In this document: piece by piece, positions 12,945 to 25,221 of the stretch
How the letters are laid out: every line of letters begins with the position of its first letter
Numbering within the stretch: position 1 is the stretch's first letter
Assembly (NCBI RefSeq): GCF_018350175.1
Contig: NC_058382.1
Location: 54,190,001 to 54,254,000 of the forward strand
Source: Felis catus
Lineage: Eukaryota
DNA length: 64,000 nt
Direction: 5' to 3'
The notes under the pieces: model-generated
Seen by the model: the letters and a program-made list of their open reading frames with translations, nothing else
Database searches by the model: none
What the model was told of the DNA's origin: nothing
Position numbers and translations under genes: made by a program

Positions 12945-13520
12945 AATAAATCTAATACATACATAATCTCATGCATATACATAAAACTCATTTCATCACT
13001 ACAGAGTGGTTATGTACCAACAAGTTTTCAGAACATTTTATATTTAGGTAAAATCTCATTTATGTATGTATATAGGCTCATTTATATCTTCCATATATTT
13101 GTGTAAATCTTATATATGTAAAACATCACATATATGTAAATCACATTAAATCACTTGTGACTATCTGCCAGCTGTTCTAAAAATTATATATAATGATATT
13201 TGCATATAATTTCATTTATATAAATCTTATATATATAAAATCTTGCTTATATGTAAGAATCTCATTTAACCATTAGTGACTATATGTAATCAAGTACTTT
13301 AAATACAATGTATATAATTTCATTTATACATATACAAATCTCGTTACGCAAATCTGATATAATCATTAAAAAGGATATATATATGCCAACAACTGTTTTA
13401 AATATTATATATACAATCCAATTTTATTTGTCATTTATATATTTTAATACATCTTATATATATAAAATCTCATATATAATACAAATATGTGTGTGTGTAA
13501 ATGTCATTTAATCATTAAAA
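12945..13520. repeat. AT-rich degenerate tandem array
   Basis: Recurring aaatctcattt / tcatt(t)aa(t/c)catta / actat...cca..tgtt.taa motifs among (TA)-rich spacers. Confidence 0.7.
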
Positions 13521-14839
13521 ACAAAAAATCCCTGTGAGGCAGACACAGGTGTGATCCCCAAAGACAGAGCAAGGTCAAACACCTGTGCATGTGACACCAG
13601 GTCTTGGCAGAGCTCCTGGTACCCCCCACTCAGACCTGCTCTCCCAAAGCCCAGAGCTCTACCTGCCTCAGTTAGGGGCAATTCCAGCTTTCAGCTGCTC
13701 ATGTCCCCAGTCCCAGGTTCGCCCTTGACTCCTCTCTCTCCCGGACTCCACAACCAGATCTTGGTCTGCCTTCAAAACAAGCTCGGGACCTCACTCCTTC
13801 TCAGCACCTCAACCGCCCCACCTCTGATTCAAGCCTTCATCACAGGCAGATGGACAATTGCAAGTCTCCTTCCGGCTTCCTTGCCCTCACCCCACTTTTG
13901 CCTATCGTCATAGGGCGGATCTGTTACATCACAAGTCAGTCCAGGCCACTCCTTTCCAGATCCTCCTGGGGCTCCCATCCTCACTTACAGGGTAAGTTGA
14001 GTCTTTACCACGACCCACAAGGCCCTACAGCATGTGCCTCCCATACTCAGCAACATGTTGAACTCAACACTTATAAGATCCTGAGTAGTTTCTAGGGGCA
14101 ACACATCTAACATTTATTAAGAAGGGTTTTATAAGAATTTCTTTGGAAATTCCACCCACCATGGCACGCACACACCTGGAAAGTAAATGAGAATGCCTCC
14201 CTTTTTGTCTGAAATCAAAGGGGAATGGGGCTTCAGAATGGGGTGCTTTTATATGCACCCCCTAAAACTTAGGGGATACAGTGGATTGACATCTGACACA
14301 TGCCTGAGAAATTCTGCGACAAGAGACCTAGGCTGACCAACTACTCCACCAGTGAGGCAGTCGCTGATGTTCAGGAGTTAGCATCTGCTTGCATAGAAAA
14401 TGCCTGAGGTTGCCACGAGCCACATGTGACCCAGGCGTGGCAAAGAGCTGCCTTGGGGATTGTCTTGCCCTCAAGGGGCCAAAAGACTTCATCTGGGAAC
14501 CGGCTGTAGAACCAGATTCCTGGGGGGCTGGAGAGAGACTGAAGGCTGATCATATAGGGTTCATTCAGCAATTTTAAGAGACTGGCCACCATCAACTGAA
14601 GGAGGTTGTCCAGAAACCCATACAAGTTCCCTGAGAGAGTGAGTCAGGTATAAATACCTGTGAGGCCCACGGAACAAAAACCCCATCAGGCAACAGCACA
14701 GTTTGGTCCCTGTCACCTCTTCCCTGCTCTCCCCTAACACAACCAGAAAAGGCAGTGAGGCTCAGCTAAAGTGAAGCCTTAACCTTGAACAACATCGACA
14801 ACCTTGATTCTTAAACGGAACATGGCCACTTTTTAATCA

Positions 14840-15095
14840 ACTATTTTTTTAATTCAAGTATAGTTGACATATGATATTTGATTAGTTTTGGGTGTATAAC
14901 ATAATGATTCAACAATTCGGTACATTACACAATTCTCACCACAATAAGTGTAGTAACTGTCACCACACAAAGTTATCACAATACTATTGACCACATTCCC
15001 TATGCTGTTCTTCTCATTCCTGTGAGTTATCTCTTTTGTAACTGGAACTTTGTACCTCTTACTCTCCTTCCCCTATTTTGCCTATCCCTCCCGCC
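14840..15095 (-). mobile_element. L1 3' end (L1MA/L1_Carn-like)
   Basis: ttttaattcaagtatagttgacat...ttagttttgggtgtataacataatgattcaac...caatactattgaccacattccctatgctgt...gtaactggaactttgtacctctt. Confidence 0.8.
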
Positions 15096-16534
15096 CCCAT
15101 AATTATTGAATTGAGACCGTGTTTGTGACTTTAGGGAACTGTGATTTACCAGAAAGGCCCCGCAGCCTGTTTGTGTTTTCATCTAGGATCAGGGGTATCC
15201 CACGAACCAGACTTAGAGGGGACGTGGGGAAAAGAAATAAAGTTGCTTTGGGGGGTTACACTCCATTCCTGCTTATTCACTACACTGGTGAGTCGTTTAA
15301 CTGACCACATGTGAGTCCCAGCCCCTCTCTGTTCTTTGTTTCCTCAGCTATTTGGTGAAAGGGTTTTTGAGCAGGAAGGTCCCATCAGAGTTCAGCTGTG
15401 AGAGGAAGCCAATGGCACAAGGTTTGTCTTATAGACGTCACACTCGGGACATCGAAAGGCCTCGTCCAGGCTGCTGGAAAGACCAGAGGCAGTTAGAAGA
15501 AAAGGGCTTTCCAGGCGTGATCTTGACCACTCAGGACGGAGTCAGGACCTTGCAGAAAGGGCAAAGAGGCACATAGAGCAACAACAAAGACAATGATGAG
15601 GACACCAAAAACAACGGAAAGAAAAAGGGCAGGATGGCCAGCAGAGGGAAGATCCTGGGCTCCAGCCAAGGCTGGCTGGCCCACGTGGACCGACGGATGG
15701 CCCGAGGGAACAAGAGCGATGAGTGGTACACCATCTTCTCCACTCTGAGGGCACTCACAATCAGACGGGAAGGCGTCCTCTCCATTACTGCCTCGTGGAG
15801 AGTTTGAGAATCGTGGCGAGATGACCCACTTTTCCAATGATCCTAGACCCCAAGCTCCTGTGTGACAGGGACTGAGTAATCCCTGCCTTCCGGCACCAAT
15901 GTGGCACCCGAGACAGAGCAGGAGGCTCAACACTGCTGCTGGACAGACGAACGGTTAGACCTTGACCTTGGGCGGATCCCTTTCCCAGGATCCCCTGTTG
16001 GCCAAGATCCCTGGAAAAACTCCTTCTTCCTCTCCCGCAGCCCCTGGGATGTCGCCGGGGGGCCAGGCCTTGGAGGCCTGGCCACCCCCCCCACCACAGC
16101 GTGCATCTCATAAGAGCCACGTGGTGATGATTGAAGCAACAAGATCACGCGCATGGAAGGACTTTACATAATTCCACAGTGACAAAAATTGTCGCCAGCC
16201 ACATATGGCGGCTACGGTTGTGCAAGGTCAAGCTCTATGGGGGTCATCTCTGGTGAGGAGGCAGCCCTGTGCAAGTAACCTTCCACGCATACCAGGGAAG
16301 GGATGAATGCTCCTACCAACCCCCCATGAAAGATAATCCATCCCCCACCCCCATTCTACAGTCCTCTAGTGTCAAGTTGTTGCTGCCCAGTAGCTACCAG
16401 CCCGAATCATTGAAGCCTCAAGCCGGGAACCCAGACACAACCTAGAAGTATCAGGGGTTTCAACCCCCTGGGAGCCCAGAAACTTCCCTGTTCAGAAACC
16501 ACAGGTTTGTGAGTTTCACGCACACAAGCAAATG

Positions 16535-19500
16535 CTGACGAAGTTTCAACCTTTTTATTCAAAGCAGCTTCTCACAATGTATAAATACTGCATATTAGCA
16601 CACATGAAAAATACAACTTCTAAGGCACCCAGAAATGTGTTCATACACGTTACAGGACCATTCACAAAGAGAGTGTACAATTTGCTCTAGACAGTCAGCA
16701 TTTGATAAGTCAGAAGATTATTATCCCTCAGGACTGCACCCAGTCTCGGGAAATATTTACAACGCAGTGAGAAAGGGTCAGCTGTACCTGCTTTATAATT
16801 CTATGAAGTACTCATACTTACAAATATTCAGAACTAGTTAAAGACTCTCCCATGATAACCTGGCAAAATAAAACAAGTAGCCTAATTTGGAAAGGTCTCC
16901 TTGGATTTCGGTGTGTGTGCTACACCCATGATCAAATCCAAACACTCTTAGGGTGGGCTGGATAAGTTTTTGGTAGCCTGCTTCATTATCAGAAGTTTGG
17001 TAATAAGCCTTACCACTAGAATGTCCCTTCGTCAGTGTCGATCATTTCTCAACCAGTTAATGGATCGGTGATTTCATCATGAACGAGAAATGGGGCATCC
17101 CTTGGTGTGAGAATTGAGGGAAATTCTTCTCATGCCAAACAGGACATTGGAATGGGTCAATGAAGAACAAAAGGAGGTGGAAATTTGGCAACTGTGGGAT
17201 GTTGCACAGTGTAGACACATTTTTTAAAACTCACACTGGAGGTTCCCATTCAGATGGAACAGTCTACACTGGTCAGGTCATCTGGAAGAATGCCAGACCT
17301 CCACCTTCCATGATATGGATAAAGGCTGGGACTGCACAGCAGAAACACCCACCTGAGATAGCAAGTTTCAATCTGAGAAACTCATCTTCCAGAGCCTTCT
17401 CAAGGTGATAAATCCCTCTGCACGGCCAGCCAGGCTGGCGGAAGCGAGCAGCTTCTCTGTGCCATAAAGCACGCACACCTCTGTCTGGATGTGCCCACAG
17501 TCTATGAAACTCGGGTTTTGTTGGAATAATGGAATTCTTTGGTCCTTGGTTTTATGAAAGGCAATATTTTCACAATCCTGTCAATGTGGACATCAGCAAA
17601 ATGACTTCCAGCTGGGACTCATGGCACAGGGACAAATTTAATACCAGATGGAACGTTCTACACCCTCCAAACTTCCCAGAGCCCCCTGAACGAGCTCCAG
17701 CGTCAGGCCAGGTGCTGGGCCAATGAGGCATGGTTAACCCAGGGAGACACCAGAGCTGAGGCTTAAGATCAGACGTCAGTTCTTCTGACTGCCTCACACA
17801 CTGCAAACACTGGAAGCAAATCTCCACCCTGATGGGAGACTGTGTGAACGCTTACTAGAGCTGAGCATAATAACTTGACTTCAGCCATACAACAGCTCTG
17901 GTCTCGAGTCACCTGTAAAGCCTTCGTGAGGAGAATCAGTTGGTAGCTACGCAAGTGCAGCCAACTGAAAGGAATCATAAGTTTTTGCAAAACTTTAAGT
18001 CCAAATCCCAGATGGTTTTGGTAGGCCTCGGACACAGTGGATGCACCGCCGATGAGCTCCGCGACTTCTACTCCATTAAAACGGCCCCTGGTGAAAGGAC
18101 TCAGCTGATGTGATGTTCTTCATCTAGTTTGCCTTTGCCCTGCTAAACTCAGGTTTAGTATGGCTTAACACGCACAGTTCATCGATAAGACACTCAGGGC
18201 ACGTGGGAATGCTGATTACGTAACTGAAATTGACTTCAGATTGTCTACACAGTAAGACTCACATGTAAACTTTGTTAACACCTCTCAAGGAGTGCTGACC
18301 TCAGCCAGGCTGGATGGTTCCAGGTCAACCACAAGGGACCCGGGGTCAACCGCCAAGGTCAAGAGCAGGAAATGCCATTTGTTCAGAACAAATGATAGAC
18401 CAGCAAGCCCTCCCTGTGACCATGTCTAAACCACGTGAATAGTACGAAGGTGGCTCCGGAAAACCTGTCCTCGGTCCATTCGTATGGTGAAAGATAAATC
18501 ACCAAGGTGCCTATCTGGCCCCTGCTGCCATCAGCTCAACCAAACTCTTCGGATTAGCCATGACTTACAGACTGCACTGAGTCCATCAACATGGCTTACG
18601 TTGCTTGGAAGAAACAACCCGTATTACCCTTATTTTTATTTTTATTTTTTTTGCAACAAGCTTAAGGCTCTGTTCGCAGACTCCATCAACTGCCACACAG
18701 TGAGACTTTATGGGGAGGTCCTAAACTACATATGTAGTTGCAAAGGTTGGCAAATTTACTGATCCTAATGGTAAGGCTTATCCACAAATTCAATACATTT
18801 TCAAATGATGCTTCAAACTCAACTACTTTGAGAAAAAGAAGATTAAACCTGCTCTCTGACAACACGAGAGCAGTAGATTCTAATGAGAAAACGAAATGAA
18901 ACCATTGGCAACAAACCAGTATGCTATTTTTTGAAAGAACAAGTGATATTAATGGAAAAGATTGCCTAAAACGCATATCCTAACTTATCACAGAAATATA
19001 AAAGTTTATATTCTGAAAATAGATACTGTATTAAAGTCTGTAAGCATTTCAACCAAAATTTGCAGAAATAACTGAGCAACACTTATCTACAACAAAAATA
19101 TACATGCAAGACAACCCCCAAATGGTTTCCCTTAAATATCTACAAAGGCAAAGTGTAGATTTTTAAAGATTATACAAAACCATTTACAGAGAATAAAATA
19201 AAATACTTAAGAAATCTCATTTAGAGTCTTAAATACTGTGTATATTAGTGAGAGTGTCTAAACTAATATGTACAACAGATCTAAGTGTCTGAATCCAGAA
19301 ACACAGAAGAGAAGCAATTCTGCATTTTAAATATTCACTTAGGAAGATTTGAAGACGTTTCTCTTTGTTTCTCTTAAAAAAGTGTTTTCCACAGAAACTA
19401 GATTGGAAAATTGCATGAATGTGACTCAATTCCAAATTAAAAAAAGTTTACAAAATTTTCTAAACCAACAATTAATGGGAAACGCCATTCAGCATTCAGT

Positions 19501-22429
19501 CAAGGCTATTTTTAAACGTGGATATTTGGAGCTACAGTTGTACTGATCAGGGTCCATTCTGATCACTACTTTCCCATCCTCATACCGAACTTCATATGGA
19601 AAAAAAACCTATTGTCATGCTTCAGAGAGAACACTTCCTAGTTTAGTCTACAGTGAACAAGAATAACATTTTAAATCAGTTCTCTGCTGCCTTCTCAAAG
19701 CTACCCAATTTCATTCTTAGAGGGTAGTTCTTGACAGTTTTTGCCCACAGACATTATTTGAACGCAGGAAGGGGAATGTGGGGCGCAAGGGCACTAGAGT
19801 GTGGTTTCTGAATGGTCGGGAGCTCTGACCAACTTGGCAAAGTTCTGCACAAAGTCCTCTTGGAACCGGAACTAAGTCCGGCACTTCCACCACGAGACGC
19901 TGGGTGCTGACCACCAGGGGTTGGAGCAGAGAAGGGAGGGGAGTTCTAACGCATGGCTGACAGGATGGCAAGGAGTGGGTTGCCTAGAAGGTTCCTTGAC
20001 TGAAGAAGTACTCTCAACTAACTTCCCACCCGTATCTGTTCTTCCAACCCCAAAGGTCATTCTGGGTTAGGTCTGCCAAGAGCAGGCACAATTCCTCAGA
20101 GACCTGCCCTGGCTCTGGAAAGGGACAGACAGGGTGGTGTGGAGGTAAAACAGGGTTCAGAGAGGGGAGAAAGGGTGCTATGGGTGGAGAGAGGGCTCTG
20201 TGACCGAAGATAAGAAGTGACAGCCGGAGCACCGCCCCGCCCCCCGCCCCCCGCTCCATCTCGAGAAAGCTGTTAGGATAAACCCTGACACATCCACAGC
20301 TCTGGCATTTTCCATCCCAGGTCAAATTGCTAAAAGTTACCTCGATTTCATCTTCACAGTATCAAAACAACCATCCAGAAAGTGGAGAATTCAGCCATGC
20401 GGTCTACCCCACAGCAAAGAGATTTAACCTACTTCTGCCCAATTGGTGGAACATCCTCCTCGAATAGACTGTATAGAAACAACCAAAACACAGACCGTCT
20501 TTTAAGACACCTCCTGTGGTACCCAGAACCGACAAACTGACGGCCAGGAAATCTACCTGAGTAACAGTTTCATATTCTTACCTTATCATCAGAGATCCTT
20601 CAAATGTTCAGAAGTTTGGATCTGTGATATGTCCAAAGCTACAGGATTTCAGGTTCTTTCAGCAGAGAAGAGAGGTGGACATTGATCCAAAGGAACTTCC
20701 AAACATCCTCTGCCAACCCTAACAAGAATCCAGACACTGCTTCTATAGACAGAAACCCATCTGCCCCCAAAAAGTACACAGAAAGCACGGGGCTCTTTCT
20801 TCAGAGGATTTAGCAGTGGTGAAGAGATTATCCGCACAACACACGGGAACGATGTCTGTCCAGGGGCTTGGGGAAAGCATACATTTGGTTTCCCAGAGGA
20901 AGAGACAGACCCAAGCGGAGATGGGACAGCAGGCATCTGGGCAAAAGCAGGTGTTTCCCTAGAGTAATCCCTTACAGCCTAGGTCTGTGGTTCCTGCAGG
21001 ATCCCACGGGGACCAAGCAGAGACAGGAGAAGAAGGGAGGGGAAGGCAAGAAGCTTCCTCTTCCCTGACCCTCCTGAGGTCATGGGCAACTCAAAAGGAG
21101 GGAGGCTGTCTGTAGAGGGAACCACGGCCATTGTAAGGATCGCGTCCAGATGAACTCCACACGCACCGTCTACAAGACCACGTCTCTAGCCACAGTGTAG
21201 AAGCTCAACCTGTTCTTAAAACACAAAGCTCGGGGCCGTGAATCCCCTCCCATTGTATCTGCTCACCTTGAAAAGAGAAAGGGCCAGAAGGAGACAGGAA
21301 ACCGTCTGTTTCGCCCCCCCGATCAGCTGATCAGAGCCGATCAGCTCTTCCTGACGTCACAAATTAGGGACTGGGTCTGTCTCAGTACCATTCAGGCCGG
21401 AGGCCCCTTCATCTCCTTCAAGGCAGCAGAGTGAAGAAAAAAACTCTCCCATAATTTCTCCCAACAACAAGTATGCAATTATTACAGCTGAGAACCATTT
21501 TACATGACGAGGATCTGCAAAGCTATTCCTTCTACCCACAGGGATCCTTTCACTTACATCTCTCTGAATTTTAATTCTGCATGGTTCATTGCTAGAATGC
21601 ACCAAACGGCATGAACCTCGTGTGGGATTTGGTCCGGGGCAGTATGAAAATAATATCTGTGTCGACAACAGATATCATAATACATAAACGAAAATAAATA
21701 AATTAAATAAGGTTGATTAAAGAAAAACAATTTTTCCTAGTAGTTCATGTTTTTGTAAAACTAGCTTTACATATAATACACATAAATTATCAGAATTTCC
21801 ACTTACATTGTTTTAAAAATATATATTTAACAAAACATTCCTAAACGTACAACATCTGGGTTTGCAAATCGCTCAACTGGGTTTTAAGACCAAGCCCTAA
21901 AAGTCACACAGATTTGCATCAGAGAGAACAGTGAGGCTGGCTCTACACAACCGTTTTCGCTCATCGGTCTGGAAATTCCCTAAGATGGACCGTCCCCTGT
22001 CACCGGATCTGCACTTAACCGGAGAGAGCCATACAGCCAAGTCTCCAAAGCAGAGGCACTGTGTAGACGCAGCCTGAGTCAGAAGGAAGGGGGAGACCGC
22101 TCTTCCCCTTCCTGGACCAGGGTGGTGCATTTCGGCGAGTGGGGACCGACTGGCAGAGGCCTGGGAAGATAGAGCCCTCGATAGCTCTCTAGCCAGCGGA
22201 AGGGCGGGTGGGGGGAGGGCCCGGGGGGAGGCCAAGTATGCGGAGTTTCCCATCTGTTATACAAAATCAAACCAATGCAGAACAACCAAAGGACAGGAGG
22301 AAATGGACACGAGAGAGACACCTTGACGGACCCCTCAGCCAGCACACTCTGGGCTCCGATCTCCGAGGCACGGCGCAACGCTGGAAGTCAGGTGCCCTCG
22401 AGCGTGGGGGCGAGCGGCCCGGGGGCTCC
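16535..22429 (-). other. CDYL2: CDYL2 long 3' UTR (~5.9 kb)
   Basis: Repeat-poor sequence downstream of the stop, with AU-rich blocks (18.6-19.7 kb, 21.65-21.9 kb), ending at an AATAAA with a GU-rich downstream element. The exact 3' end is inferred. Confidence 0.75.
16554..16559 (-). terminator. Polyadenylation signal AATAAA of CDYL2
   Basis: Plus tttatt = minus AATAAA; ~25-40 nt further on the minus strand lies TGCTTGTGTGCGTG, a GU-rich downstream element. Confidence 0.7.
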
Positions 22430-22588
22430 TCAGACTTCGTAAATTTTGTCCTGCAGGTAGCTGAACAGGGAATCCAGGCCCTTGGAAGAACTCCAGAGCT
22501 GCTTGAGCATGAGGCATTCTTTCTCGTTCACGTCTTCGAGCACAGATTTCAGGAAGCTCCGAACGAGGCATTTCGACTCCTCCAACAC
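22430..22588 (-). CDS. CDYL2: CDYL2 terminal coding exon 7 (to the TGA stop)
   Basis: Manual translation: VLEESKCLVRSFLKSVLEDVNEKECLMLKQLWSSSKGLDSLFSYLQDKIYEV*. Not in the ORF track. Acceptor TTTCCCTTCAG with a GCTAAC branch-point-like motif ~25 nt upstream; stop TGA is plus-strand tca at 22430-22432; 159 nt. Confidence 0.96.
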   Translation of the reverse strand: MLEESKCLVRSFLKSVLEDVNEKECLMLKQLWSSSKGLDSLFSYLQDKIYEV

Positions 22589-22959
22589 CTGAAGGGAAAC
22601 GCATGAGCCTCGTTAGCCGGCCCCGGGAACTCTGCTCCAGGAGAACGTACTTGGCCTATGAAGCACCAGCTAACCTTCCGATGCCCAAAGCCAGAAGAGA
22701 CTGCCTCCTGTAGTCCGGAACTTCCCAGGCCCGTGACCCCAGCGATGCCAGGGATGGATTCCAGGCATGCCAAGATGTTGAGCCCTCGGCCCCTGGGATG
22801 GCCGGGGTGGGGGTGGGGGCCCATGTTACCCCCGACCGCAAGAGCTTTGTCCTTTCCCCGAGGGCCTGACACAAACTCAGTATCATTCTGTACAGGCAGC
22901 ATGAAAAAGATTGGGAGGCACCCGACTTCACCTCCCCGTGCTTCTCTGTCACCTGTGAA

Positions 22960-23390
22960 ACAGCAACAATGACACCTGGCTTAAGGATGGCTGGAACCAC
23001 GGAGTAAGATAACGAACGGACACGGACGGCTGTCAAAGTAGCCATCGGCCCAACATCAGTGGCGATCGTGGCACTAATCAATAACAATTTGCAGTAATTG
23101 CAGCGAAGGGTGAGAACAGCGATGACAGATAGTAATAATGCCACAGTACTACAGTAGCAACAATAATGGTAATTAATGTTAGCAATGTGGTGGTGAGAAG
23201 GGCGATGGTGGTGACGAGGCCATGGTGTTAGGACAGTGATGTCCGAGGACAGCAACAAGAGCAGAGACGTTGGTACGAGTGGTAATAATGGTAATGATCC
23301 TCATCAGAGTGATGAGTGACAACGACCCGACAACGACAACGACCAGATCAGAGTAATAACAGCAAGGCCACCACAATCACTACTGACCAA
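22960..23390. repeat. Decayed trinucleotide low-complexity tract in intron 6
   Basis: Mixed GAT/GGT/AAT/AAC/GAC triplets (agtaataat, gtggtggtg, caacgacaacgac) next to a MIR-like fragment at ~23400-23560. Confidence 0.6.
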
Positions 23391-25221
23391 CAGGCTGCCT
23401 GAGAAGTACTCTCCCTGCTTTCTCTCATTTCTTCCTCACGATAACTCCATAAACAGGTAGTATTTGGGTCACCACATGACGGATAAAGGAAGTCCAGGTG
23501 CCCGGGGCTCCGTGACGGACGTGGCCTGCAGTCACCTGGCTGCCCCGGACGGACCGCTGCCTCGCTTGGGCACAGCCGCCGTGGGACCGTCAGGCCCCAG
23601 GCATCCTCGCACCGGCCGCGACCATCCTGTGCTGATGTCAAGGTTTCGCTTCACGCTCTCCCAACGTGCTTTCAGATAGGAAAAGCAAGACAGGAGCTCC
23701 CTTGCTCAAGCCGGCCGGCAGGGAGCTGGGGTCTTCCTCCTCGGCCTGGGCTGGAGGCCGCCTCCTGCCTCACAGGCATTACCCTGCAGAACACCGTCTC
23801 CCAAGCCGTAGGGCAGATTCCTTTCTCGGGCAGCTCACCCCAAAGCTCCTGATTTCAGGACTGTTGACAGGAGACATTTCCTGGCAGTGTTTCTTCAACA
23901 GCTTGTTCCCCTGAGTACGTCCACTGCCCAAAGGCGAGACTCCTTGCGGAGGCTGGGGCGGGGCGGGGGGGTGGGGGGGGAACCTTGAGGCCTTTGTCCT
24001 ACCTTCCTTTTCAGCTTCAATGTCCCTCCAACACCCCGTGTACCTGCATAGACTGCTATGAGCCGCTGCCTAAACCCCGCAGGAGTTTTCGGACTCCTGT
24101 GACCTCACTCACACCACTTCCTCTGCTGCGAATTTCTACACGCGTCTCCGGGTAGCTGATCCTAGAGGTCATCGGCTTTTTTCTGCCCGGGAATCCCCGA
24201 GACATGGGATTGTCTGTGGTCAAGTCAGGAAGGGTCCCCGGCCAAGTGGGATGAGCTGGTCACCGCAGTTATCAGGAAAATTAAAAGAGAATCCACAGAA
24301 AGAGGTCAGCAGAAGGTGTGGTCCATACTAAATGTTCACCAACGATGCGGGCCCAGGGCCGCTCCATCATCCTCACTGGCTTCCAGGGAGCAGAGCTTAC
24401 ACACAGTAGGTGCCCGATCGAGGCCGATGAGGCGTATCATGAAGCACCATGGCGGCTGGGGGTGAGGGGCGACGGGCAGACGGAGACAAGGAAGGGGTGC
24501 TCACGGGTCTGACCCCGTAACTCCAGCCCAGCAGCCCCCTGACTCTGGAGCACACACGGAGGCTCTCCCTCACGTGGGCCCTTTTCTCCCAAATCACCTT
24601 TCTCATTTCCTAGACCAGCCCTGTGGCTCCAGGAACAGCCTCCGCTCCACCTTTCAACAGGATATTTCTGTACTGTGCTCAGAGTGACTTTTATGAGATA
24701 AAATCGACACTTAATTAAAATCGGGCGCCTCTGCAGAGCTGTTATTTATTTATCCATTTCTCGGTGTGTCTTCAGAGTCCAGTGGTGATGTTTAAATGTG
24801 CCAAGCGCTCAGTGGGCAGAAGTGAAATACGAGGGCGGATATGCCGGTTTCTCTCATCTCCCGGATGGCTTAAAACCCTTGGTCCTTATTTGCCTTTTTT
24901 TCTCATATTCTTTAAAAACTACAGATGTTTTGTGCTTTCGTGCGTGTCTAGGACTTTCTTTTAAGGCAACGTACTCTACCCCAGAGCATAAATCTCTGCT
25001 GTGTGGTTTTCAAACTGGAGATGATGGGGAATATATCTAAGGATGCGCACTTTCTCTCTCCGGGTTTAAGCTCTTGGCACCGAGAAGAGGCATCTGCGGC
25101 ATTGTGACACATACACCCTGCGTGACCTCTGGCAAGTCAGTCAGTCCCTTCCAGACTCATCACCCGTATCGGTAAAATGGGTCTGTTGCAAGGACAAACA
25201 CACAAAGACACAGGAACTCAC

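Noticed and set aside
15577..15807. Stop-free, coding-looking plus-strand stretch (...MASRGKILGSSQGWLAHVDRRMARGNKSDEWYTIF...)
   Set aside because: Short, no recognisable homology and no clear splice context; a tBLASTn hit or RNA-seq support would be needed.
17850..18040. Possible MER5-like relic inside the 3' UTR
   Set aside because: Similarity is too weak to call by eye; needs nhmmer.
21691..21710. AATAAA/ATTAAA cluster in the proximal UTR
   Set aside because: It is on the plus strand, antisense to CDYL2; on the mRNA it is a U-rich tract, not a poly(A) signal.
22208..22606. 132-aa plus-strand ORF over exon 7, and similar antisense ORFs over exons 4-6
   Set aside because: Antisense shadows of GC3-rich CDYL2 codons.
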